DNA of 62,457 nt from assembly GCA_041651015.1 (NCBI GenBank), contig JBAZKA010000006.1, positions 1 through 62,457 of the forward strand, written 5' to 3'. The notes under the pieces are model-generated. The model had not been told where the DNA came from. It worked only from the letters and a program-made list of their open reading frames with translations, and searched no databases. The stretch's first letter is position 1, and every line of letters begins with the position of its first letter. Shown piece after piece: positions 52,030-59,648 of this stretch. The translations under genes and the position numbers were made by a program. This stretch comes from Patescibacteria group bacterium. GTDB taxonomy: Bacteria > Patescibacteriota > Patescibacteriia > Magasanikbacterales > GWA2-37-8.

Positions 52030-52410
52030 ATGTTATCAGTAAAAAAAATAATCGTAGGCATTTTATTGGCGATGGCTTTGGCATTGCCGATTTTTGTTTT
52101 AGCCGCAGACAAATATGGCGCAAGCGCCACGGCCGAACAAACCAGTTTGTCGCGCTTGAGCCTTAGTAACAAAACTCCCGAATCGCTCGCCTCGCAAATT
52201 GTCACTATAGTCCTCGGATTTACGGCCACGATTTTTTTTCTAATGGTTTTATATGGCGGTATCACTTGGATGACGGCCATGGGTGCGCCGGACAAAGTAA
52301 ACAAAGCTAAAGATATTTTGATTACCGCCATTCTTGGCATGGTCATTGTGGCCGCGTCATACGCTATCAGCGTGTTTATTTTTAGTAAAATATCGTCAGC
52401 CGGCGCTTAA
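52030..52410 (+). CDS. T4SS-pilin-like small membrane protein
   Basis: YGGITWMTAMGAPDKVNKAK core between two hydrophobic helices. Confidence 0.65.
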   Translation: MLSVKKIIVGILLAMALALPIFVLAADKYGASATAEQTSLSRLSLSNKTPESLASQIVTIVLGFTATIFFLMVLYGGITWMTAMGAPDKVNKAKDILITAILGMVIVAASYAISVFIFSKISSAGA

Positions 52411-52414
52411 GGTT

Positions 52415-53359
52415 ATGAAAAAATTTTTATTGTCTACATTTATTTTTGCCGTTTCATTGGTTGCTCTGCCTTCAATTGTTTTTGGCGCCGGTGATTATGG
52501 TTTGGGTATGGCGGCCACCACCGGCGGTTTGACTTCCTCAACTATCAGCCAAGCGGGCGACATACCGACCATGCTCGGTTATATTATATCAATCGCCTTA
52601 TCACTGGTCGGCGTATTCTTTTTTATTTTGATTTTATACGCGGGAATTATTTGGATGACAGCAGCCGGCGCGGCCGATCGAGTGGAAAGCGCCAAGAAAA
52701 AAATGATGTCCGCGGCCATTGGTCTGGTGATTGTTTTGTCGGCTTATGCCATTGCCAATTTTGTTTTCAGCAATTTACTTCGGGATCAATCGGCGGTGGA
52801 TGCGGATAACTTATCATCTTTCTGCGCCGCTTCACCGGCCGGCACGGTTTGCGCCGCGAATAAAGTTTGCGACGGCAATCAGTGTGTTGAAGAATGTCTG
52901 TATACTTTCAAAGAACACAATGGTTCGTGTATCAACATGGCGTCTGATCCTTGCGCCGGCGTGATTTTAAGCGGCAAATGTTCGGGCGGTAAAAAATGTT
53001 GCGTGCCATCCGCTGATTACGATAATTGGGAAACTTCGGTGCTGACGGACACAAGTGAAACGACGAATTTAGTCAGCGAAGAATCAGGGACCAGTGCGTG
53101 CGAAAAGAAAGCCGGACATTTCTGTGCCACCAAGGCCATCTGCGAGAGTGGAGCTTACAACGGCGCCGGTACCGAGCAAAATGGTTGTGATAGTGGTGAA
53201 GTCTGTTGTAATAATTGTGTTCAACTGGGCGGCAACTGCATTGATAATACTAAATATACATGCGGACCGGATAATGTAAATTTTGAACCCGGTTATTGCC
53301 ACGGCGCGTTTGGCGCGAATAAATTTCAATGTTGTTTAGGTACATACACACTCAAATAA
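52415..53359 (+). CDS. T4SS-pilin-like module fused to a C-terminal region of about 190 aa with 22 Cys
   Basis: YAGIIWMTAAGAADRVESAK core. The tail has two Cys-rich halves, one ending KKCCVPS and the other ending QCCLGTYTLK. Start set at MKKFLLS. Confidence 0.65.
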   Translation: MKKFLLSTFIFAVSLVALPSIVFGAGDYGLGMAATTGGLTSSTISQAGDIPTMLGYIISIALSLVGVFFFILILYAGIIWMTAAGAADRVESAKKKMMSAAIGLVIVLSAYAIANFVFSNLLRDQSAVDADNLSSFCAASPAGTVCAANKVCDGNQCVEECLYTFKEHNGSCINMASDPCAGVILSGKCSGGKKCCVPSADYDNWETSVLTDTSETTNLVSEESGTSACEKKAGHFCATKAICESGAYNGAGTEQNGCDSGEVCCNNCVQLGGNCIDNTKYTCGPDNVNFEPGYCHGAFGANKFQCCLGTYTLK

Positions 53360-53383
53360 ATTGCCAATAATTATTTATTATTT

Positions 53384-53881
53384 ATGAAAAAATTATTACT
53401 TACGTTTATTATAATCAGCGCGCTGATTCCCTTGTCTGCTTTGGCGGCCGACACATTTGGTTCCGGAATGTTGACCGGCTCGGCCGGCAATCTGGGCTTG
53501 CAAAGTGATTTAAACACCGGCGTAGCCGCCGTGATATCCGCGATTCTTGCAGTCACCGGCACGATATTTTTGGTGCTGACAATTGTCGGTGGTATTATTT
53601 GGATGACAGCTTCGGGCAATGATGAAAAAATCAGCCAAGCCAAAAAAATTATTATTGGCGCGGCCGTGGGCTTGGCTGTTTGTTTGTTTGCTTATACAAT
53701 TACCTGGTTTGTGGCCAACAATTTAGGCAACGCTTCATCGGCTGGATCAACGAGCGGCAGCGAGACCACCGGTTGTTGTGTTTGGTCTACAGGTGGTAGT
53801 GACACCAGTCAAGGAACCATGACTGAAAACGCCTGTGATCTGCATGATGGTTCATCATGGAGTTCAGGTGCATCTTGTTGA
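53384..53881 (+). CDS. T4SS-pilin-like protein with a CC...C...W...C C-terminal mini-domain
   Basis: VGGIIWMTASGNDEKISQAK core. Tail GCCVWSTGGSDTSQGTMTENACDLHDGSSWSSGASC. Confidence 0.65.
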   Translation: MKKLLLTFIIISALIPLSALAADTFGSGMLTGSAGNLGLQSDLNTGVAAVISAILAVTGTIFLVLTIVGGIIWMTASGNDEKISQAKKIIIGAAVGLAVCLFAYTITWFVANNLGNASSAGSTSGSETTGCCVWSTGGSDTSQGTMTENACDLHDGSSWSSGASC

Positions 53882-53893
53882 TAATCCAGATAT

Positions 53894-54445
53894 ATGAATA
53901 TTTTTTTTAAAAAATATTTTACTTTGTCTCTCATTGGTTTATTGTTGATGGCGGGATTTTTATTCCCTTTGTCTGCGTCAGCTCAAGGGCTCAAAGATGC
54001 CGGCGCCACTTTGGGCGATATGCAAAATCAAGGTGTGACTCTTTCCGGTGATTTGTCGGGCACGGCCAACACAGTGGTTAAAACAATTTTTTATTTAGTC
54101 GGTACAATTTTTTTAGTCTTGGTGATTTACGGCGGTATTGTTTGGATGAAATCCGCCGGACGTGACGCCGAAGTGGCCCGCGCCAAACGGATTGTCGCCA
54201 CGTCGGTGATTGGCGTGGTCATACTCTTGCTTTCATACGCCATTACGACTTTTGTCATGGGAAGATTGACTGGAAGCTCCACCGGCACGAGCAACGGCTC
54301 GGGAACTCCGGTGGATACATCCTCTTTGGGTTGTTGTTATTCATCCAGTGAATCTGATGACGGGCTAAATCATTTCCCCTCAAGTAAATCCACTTGCGAA
54401 GACAATGGCGGCGCATACTACTGGAGCAGTTCGCAATGTCATTAA
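53894..54445 (+). CDS. T4SS-pilin-like protein with a CC...C...W...C C-terminal mini-domain
   Basis: YGGIVWMKSAGRDAEVARAK core. Tail GCCYSSSESDDGLNHFPSSKSTCEDNGGAYYWSSSQCH. Confidence 0.65.
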   Translation: MNIFFKKYFTLSLIGLLLMAGFLFPLSASAQGLKDAGATLGDMQNQGVTLSGDLSGTANTVVKTIFYLVGTIFLVLVIYGGIVWMKSAGRDAEVARAKRIVATSVIGVVILLLSYAITTFVMGRLTGSSTGTSNGSGTPVDTSSLGCCYSSSESDDGLNHFPSSKSTCEDNGGAYYWSSSQCH

Positions 54446-54540
54446 TTGCTTTATTTTTTTTGAATTTTTAATTTTTTAAAATTAGAAATTAGGATATTTA
54501 TTAAAAATTACAAAATTATAAAAATTAAAAATTTTCATAT

Positions 54541-55155
54541 ATGTCCACCTCAAAAAAATTAATTTTATTTTTCGCCATTGCCTCGGGTGTTATGCTTTTT
54601 ACCACGCTGGTTTTTGCCGCCTCGGTTTCAGCCGCCGACATCGGTTTCGGTTCGGGTGGTATGGCCGCGGATATTGCCAGCAAGGCCGGTTACGACACGG
54701 CGCAAACCAGCACCTCGTTGTCCCAAACAGTCGGCGGAATTATTCGCGCCGTGCTCTCGGTCATCGGGGTTTTATTTTTGGGTTTGACCATTTTCGCCGG
54801 CTTTATGTGGATGACGGCCTCGGGCAACGAAGACAAGGTGACCAAGGCAAAAAGTATTTTGACTTCCTCGGTGATCGGCCTCGTAATCGTGGTTGCGTCT
54901 TATGGCATTACCGCTTTAGTATTTTCTTTTTTCTTTCAAGCCACCGCGCCGGCCACTGATGTAAGCACCGGTAGTGCCGGCGATGGAGAAATGGGTTGTT
55001 GTGTGAGCGAAGACGAATCAAAATGCGGCCAAACAAATACGCGCAGTTCCTGTACAACAAAATCCGGGTGGGGCAATGCCTCGTGGTATGCCGGTGAATC
55101 TTGCACGCCATATATTACCTTGAATACCAATTGTGAAATTCAAAATGATTTATAA
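54541..55155 (+). CDS. T4SS-pilin-like protein with an extended Cys-rich C-terminal mini-domain
   Basis: FAGFMWMTASGNEDKVTKAK core. Tail GCCVSEDESKCGQTNTRSSCTTKSGWGNASWYAGESCTPYITLNTNC. Confidence 0.65.
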   Translation: MSTSKKLILFFAIASGVMLFTTLVFAASVSAADIGFGSGGMAADIASKAGYDTAQTSTSLSQTVGGIIRAVLSVIGVLFLGLTIFAGFMWMTASGNEDKVTKAKSILTSSVIGLVIVVASYGITALVFSFFFQATAPATDVSTGSAGDGEMGCCVSEDESKCGQTNTRSSCTTKSGWGNASWYAGESCTPYITLNTNCEIQNDL

Positions 55156-55177
55156 CCGCTCTGTCAATTAAAATTGT

Positions 55178-55600
55178 ATGAAAAAAATAAAATTACTCGC
55201 CTTGTTCGCGGTATTGGGATTATCTTGTTTGATGCCGTTCGCGGTTTCGGCCGCCGATAGCACTGTGGGCGCGATAGAAAGTAATTTGCAAGCCGCGGCC
55301 GAGACCGGTGCCGGGTTTGCTTCGCCGGTTGATCCGCGTGTGCAAGCGGCAATTTATATTCGCTATGCTTTACAAGTAGTCGGGATTTTGTTTGTCTGTC
55401 TCATGGTTTACGCCGGCTTCCTTTGGATGACGGCCGGCGGTAATGAGGACAATATTGATAAGGCCAAAAAATTAATAATGGCGGCCGTCATCGGGCTTGT
55501 CATTGTTTTGACTTCGTATAGTATCACTTATTTTGTCGCTAAGTTGGTGACCGGCGATGATGATAATTTTTCTTCCAACGACGCCACAATTTTTAAGTAA
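55178..55600 (+). CDS. T4SS-pilin-like small membrane protein
   Basis: YAGFLWMTAGGNEDNIDKAK core. Acidic tail without Cys. Confidence 0.65.
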   Translation: MKKIKLLALFAVLGLSCLMPFAVSAADSTVGAIESNLQAAAETGAGFASPVDPRVQAAIYIRYALQVVGILFVCLMVYAGFLWMTAGGNEDNIDKAKKLIMAAVIGLVIVLTSYSITYFVAKLVTGDDDNFSSNDATIFK

Positions 55601-56714
55601 ACGCTTTCTCTAAAATATCGCCGGCCGCGTCTTTGGGCATAAGCGGTTCGGCGAATTTTATTTTTCCGGCGAGCACGTCGGAAATTTTTTTCGCCAGTGT
55701 TTCCAAATCAAAGACGTAAAGTCCATAATTGTTTGTTTCCACAAAGGTGACGTTGGCGTCTTCGTTGCCTGGAATGGGGGACACCAGTAGTAAAGGCTTT
55801 TTCATGGTTAAGGCTTCGGTCGTGGTCAGTCCGCCCGGTTTGGTGATAATAACATCGGCCGCGGCCATCAGTTCGTGAATCTTATTGGTGTATTCTATCG
55901 GATGAAAATTATTGTATTTGTCGGCGAGGTTGGATAATTTTTTGAACAAACGCGGATTGCCTCGGCCGGATACCGCGATAAAATTCGCGCGCGGATGCGC
56001 CTCAAGACAATTTTTTAGCGCCCAAGTGTAATCGGCAAAACCGGATCCGCCGGAAAGAGATAAAATTACCGGTTCATTAAAATCCAAATTTAAATTTCGT
56101 TTTATTTCTTCAATATTTTTTGTTTCTTTGAAAATTGGGTGAATCGGGATGCCGGTATAAAATGCCGTTTGTCCGTAAGCGATCAACTTGTTTTTTATTT
56201 CTTCGGTTGGCGCGTAAAGACGGCGCGTGTTGGGCGAGACAAACACGCGATTAAAATCATAATCGGTCAGAGTCATGTCAAAAGGCGTATCGCCGAGCGC
56301 GTGGCTAAGCATGGCCGGGGCGAGAAAGTTGGTGCATATCACCAAGTCCGGATTAATTTCTTTAACCTGCTTGGTCGCTCGGCGCAAATCAATTTTTAAA
56401 ATTTTTGCCAGTTGGTAAATCAGTTTTGTGCTTTGGTCGCGATTAAATTGGCGATAAAGTTCGCCGTATATTGTCGGAACATGTTTAGCAATTTTTTCGT
56501 AGGATGATGTGGTGATTTGTTTTGTCAACCAACCGCAAGAAGACGCCAGATCCAAATGATGCGCCTCGACCTCAGGATATTTTTGTTTGCACGCCTCAAG
56601 CAGGGCTTCAGCTGCGCGGACATGTCCGCCACCGGCCGAAAGCGAAGCAAATAAGACACGTTTGGGTGGATTCATAGTAATTAGTAATATATCAGGATGA
56701 CGGGAGTTTTTCAA
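55593..56714 (-). CDS. GT28-family glycosyltransferase (MGDG-synthase/UgtP-like)
   Basis: RVLFASLSAGGGHVRAAEALLEA N-terminal motif. C-terminal GT28 pattern ...ITKPGGLTTTEAL.... Confidence 0.75.
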   Translation of the reverse strand: MKNSRHPDILLITMNPPKRVLFASLSAGGGHVRAAEALLEACKQKYPEVEAHHLDLASSCGWLTKQITTSSYEKIAKHVPTIYGELYRQFNRDQSTKLIYQLAKILKIDLRRATKQVKEINPDLVICTNFLAPAMLSHALGDTPFDMTLTDYDFNRVFVSPNTRRLYAPTEEIKNKLIAYGQTAFYTGIPIHPIFKETKNIEEIKRNLNLDFNEPVILSLSGGSGFADYTWALKNCLEAHPRANFIAVSGRGNPRLFKKLSNLADKYNNFHPIEYTNKIHELMAAADVIITKPGGLTTTEALTMKKPLLLVSPIPGNEDANVTFVETNNYGLYVFDLETLAKKISDVLAGKIKFAEPLMPKDAAGDILEKAFT

Positions 56715-56788
56715 TACTTGGGTATGAAATAAAAAAAGAACGCCGTCCGCAGATTATCTGCGAGCGGCGTGAAGAGCCAACTGCCTTC

Positions 56789-57271
56789 TCACGAACCATA
56801 AATTCTGGCTCGTTGGAAGAAATGACGTTTACTGATAGAGGAGGGCGCGAGTGTCTGATCCTCGTCTGAACTTGTGACATGTACTCCGCCGGCGACTTTT
56901 CTATCAAGCAGAAACTGGAATAGAACCGGCTTATTTCCGAAATGGGTATTTACAACAGCGATGTGTTGGCCTGTTCCATTGGCGTATCTTGATTCGGCAC
57001 GATTGTAGCAGTAAAACCCCTCGCCAAATATCGGAGCTTTCAGCCAAAATCCAATCATGATATTGAAGGGTTCTTCGCCGCGGAGAACAATGTTACGCAT
57101 GCCTCGCGGTTTTCCACCGAATCGCGCGCCCTTGTGAAAAAATTCCACTGGAGCGGGGTTGTGTGTTGCCGCGAATATGCGCAGGAATTGCTGTTTCTTC
57201 ATCAGTTCCTTTATGAGAAACAGACAGAAACCAAAGAGGAATATATCTATGCTCAAATGAACGGTTGCCAT
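56789..57271 (-). CDS. hypothetical protein (GC-richer ORFan)
   Basis: N-terminal hydrophobic segment. No recognisable domain. GGAGAGA upstream of the ATG. Confidence 0.5.
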   Translation of the reverse strand: MATVHLSIDIFLFGFCLFLIKELMKKQQFLRIFAATHNPAPVEFFHKGARFGGKPRGMRNIVLRGEEPFNIMIGFWLKAPIFGEGFYCYNRAESRYANGTGQHIAVVNTHFGNKPVLFQFLLDRKVAGGVHVTSSDEDQTLAPSSISKRHFFQRARIYGS

Positions 57272-57456
57272 TGTTATCTCTCCTTCCGCTTGCTTAGCGG
57301 GGTTGAATTGTCAACGTTTTATAAATAGCATATTTTGGGGTTTTTGTCAACCCCGACGCCCCTTAGGGTCGGGGTCCCGACCTTGCGTCGGGAGGGTCTG
57401 ATTAGGCTAATTTTAGGGAAAAACAAAAACAAGCCTGATATGAATTAGGATTGTTT

Positions 57457-57514
57457 TTAGGGCGGCTCGGCTACTGGGAATGTCACTAAGTATTTAGGGC
57501 GGCTACTGGGAATT
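57457..57514 (-). repeat. two partial direct duplications of the tRNA-His 3' end (att-like)
   Basis: TATTTAGGGCGGCTACTGGGAATT (57491-57514) is identical to 57665-57688 at the real gene. A degenerate copy with a CGG insertion lies at 57457-57486. An inverted T-arm fragment GTTCAATTCCCAGTA lies at 57607-57621. Confidence 0.7.
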
Positions 57515-57672
57515 TCACTCGGCGCTCTGCGCCTCTCGCGGAAACCTTCGGGTTTCCGCGGACCTTCCTCGGCAATGCGGGGAAATACTTTCCCCGCCAC
57601 CCCTTTGTTCAATTCCCAGTACACTCACAAAAATATATAACCCCAGCACTTCGGCTGGGGTTATATATTTAG

Positions 57673-57744
57673 GGCGGCTACTGGGAATTGAACCCAGGTG
57701 ACTGGTACCACAAACCAGTGTTCTACCATTGAACTATAGCCGCC
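57673..57744 (-). tRNA. tRNA-His(GUG) with encoded G-1
   Basis: G-1 pairs with C73. Anticodon arm CUGGU-UUGUGGU-ACCAG. T arm CUGGG-UUCAAUU-CCCAG. A terminator hairpin follows at 57637-57665. Confidence 0.85.
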
Positions 57745-57814
57745 ATGTATTTGGAGCCAACTGCTCCATTTTCAATAAAATGATTTTATCAAATATTTTT
57801 TGAAAAATCAAGTC

Positions 57815-57889
57815 TGGTGACCCCAGTAGGAATCGAACCTACATTATCTCGTTAGAAGCGAGGTGTCCTATCCGTTGAACGATGGGGTC
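57815..57889 (-). tRNA. tRNA-Arg(UCU), CCA encoded
   Basis: Acceptor GACCCCA/UGGGGUC. Anticodon loop CUUCUAA. T arm GUAGG-UUCGAUU-CCUAC. Confidence 0.85.
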
Positions 57890-57971
57890 TTGTGGCAAAA
57901 CAAAGCCATTCTATCACATTTTGCTCAAATATTCAAGATGGGGTATAATATCCATACATTTAAACAATTTT

Positions 57972-58466
57972 ATGAAAAAGAAAATTTTACTTATTATCAT
58001 TATTGCCCTGTTTTTGGCCTTTGCTCGCGAAGCATTGGCCGCCGGCGGATTTGGCTTGGATACCACAGCCCAGCAAGCCGGCTATGAGACATCCGGCACA
58101 ACGGCTTCTCTCTCGGGGCGCGTGGAAATCATTATTTCCACTGTGCTCGGTTTTGTCGCTCTCGGATTTTTTGCTCTAACTCTATACGGCGGAATTATTT
58201 GGCTGACCGCCCGAGGCAAAGAAGAAAAAGTCACGCAGGCCAAAGAAATTTTGGAAGCGGCGGTCATTGGTTTGGTGGTCATTAGTGCATCATATGCAAT
58301 CGCCAAATTTGTGTTTGCGCAATTGAGCACTGTCGGTGATAGTACTACCGGCACGTATTGTTATTGGTATGATACGACTTGTACTCCGATAAATAGCGAG
58401 GCCGACAGCCAAGCCTGTGTCGCTGATCCGAGTCTTGGCCAGATAGTCAGTTCGTGTGGAGGATAA
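57972..58466 (+). CDS. T4SS-pilin-like protein with a 4-Cys C-terminal tail (tenth paralogue, detached from the array)
   Basis: YGGIIWLTARGKEEKVTQAK core. Tail YCYWYDTTCTPINSEADSQACVADPSLGQIVSSCGG. Start set at MKKKILL. Confidence 0.65.
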   Translation: MKKKILLIIIIALFLAFAREALAAGGFGLDTTAQQAGYETSGTTASLSGRVEIIISTVLGFVALGFFALTLYGGIIWLTARGKEEKVTQAKEILEAAVIGLVVISASYAIAKFVFAQLSTVGDSTTGTYCYWYDTTCTPINSEADSQACVADPSLGQIVSSCGG

Positions 58467-58478
58467 ACATTCTTGACC

Positions 58479-58507
58479 TTGACAATTTTACTCAATTCTG
58501 TTATTCT
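58479..58507 (+). promoter_or_regulatory. sigma-70-type promoter (TTGACA-17-TATTCT) for rpsO
   Basis: TTGACAATTTTACTCAATTCTGTTATTCT. It leaves a GC-rich leader of about 75 nt. Confidence 0.55.
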
Positions 58508-58588
58508 GAAATAGTTAAATTCAGGGCGAGGGGCCCCCGAACCGACGAAGCACATGCCTTTGTTGCGCTCGGTAAATATACGCATGTT

Positions 58589-58954
58589 ATGTTGGAAACC
58601 AAAAAGAAGCAGCAGCTCATCAAGAAGTATGCCACCCATGATGGCGACACCGGTTCAAGCGAGGTGCAAATCGCGATTTTGACCGCTGAAATTGACGAGC
58701 TTATCAAACATTTGAAGTTGCACCCAAAGGATCATTCATCCCGCCGTGGTTTGCTCCGCAAAGTGAGCATGCGCCGCCGTTTGATGAGATATTTGAAGAA
58801 AGAAAATCCGGAATCCTACGAAGAATTGACCAAAAAATTGAAAATCAAACAACCGCGCCAAATGAAGAGCACTCGTTCCGATGAAGTCGGCGAGGACGAA
58901 GCGGTTGACGAGGATGTGTTAATTGATGAAGGAGATGAAACCCAACCTGAATAA
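58589..58954 (+). CDS. rpsO: 30S ribosomal protein S15 with an acidic C-terminal extension
   Basis: TGSSEVQIAILTAEIDELIKHLKLHPKDHSSRRGLLRKVSMRRRLMRYL. About 30 extra acidic residues at the C-terminus. Confidence 0.9.
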   Translation: MLETKKKQQLIKKYATHDGDTGSSEVQIAILTAEIDELIKHLKLHPKDHSSRRGLLRKVSMRRRLMRYLKKENPESYEELTKKLKIKQPRQMKSTRSDEVGEDEAVDEDVLIDEGDETQPE

Positions 58955-59507
58955 AAAGAATCCGCTTAAACATCCCGACCAACGCGTCGGGGTGTTTATT
59001 GATGTACAAAATATGTATTATAGCGCCAAAAATTTATTTGGCGCCAAAGTTGATTTTGGCAATATCGTCAAAGAAGCGACAGCCGGACGCAAGTTGATTC
59101 GCGCCATTGCCTATGTCGTTTCCACCGAGAGCAAAGAAGAACAGCCGTTTTTTGATGCCCTGTACAATCTCGGCATTGAAACCAAAGAGCGCCCTCTGCA
59201 AATTTTCTACGGCGGTGAGAAAAAGGCTGACTGGGATGTGGGCATTACAGTGGACGCAATTCGTTTGTCGCCAAGTTTGGACGCGGTGGTGCTGGTTTCG
59301 GGCGACGGCGACTACATTCCGTTGATTGATTATTTGCAAAACCAAGGTAAGCAAGTGGAAGTAATCGCTTTTGGCGAGACCACTTCCAGCAAGATGCGAG
59401 AGTTGGTGGATGATTTCACGGATATGAGTTCGGAAAAAGGCAAGTTTTTGATTCAGGATAGACGGTTCATTAAGCCGGCGAAAAAGTCTAACCTTATTAC
59501 CTTATAA
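58923..59507 (+). CDS. NYN/LabA-like ribonuclease-domain protein
   Basis: VGVFIDVQNMYYSAKNL...LVSGDGDYIPLIDYLQNQGKQVEVIAF. Its 5' end overlaps rpsO, and the exact Met is uncertain. Confidence 0.8.
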   Translation: MMKEMKPNLNKKNPLKHPDQRVGVFIDVQNMYYSAKNLFGAKVDFGNIVKEATAGRKLIRAIAYVVSTESKEEQPFFDALYNLGIETKERPLQIFYGGEKKADWDVGITVDAIRLSPSLDAVVLVSGDGDYIPLIDYLQNQGKQVEVIAFGETTSSKMRELVDDFTDMSSEKGKFLIQDRRFIKPAKKSNLITL

Positions 59508-59648
59508 AATTTAATTCACCCTGTTAAATCCTCGCAAAGCGAGGGCCGCCCACGCGGCATTTTACAGGGTAAAGAAGCTGGTGCGCGGACAGATAGACTC
59601 TTACTTGAGCGTCTGTAGTTCGCGGATCAGTTTCATATCATAATATAT

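Noticed and set aside
50176-58466. Diversity-generating retroelement acting on the variable Cys-rich pilin tails
   Set aside because: There is no reverse transcriptase gene. By eye, I found no near-identical template/variable DNA repeat pair with A-specific mismatches among the tails. The divergence looks like ordinary paralogue divergence.
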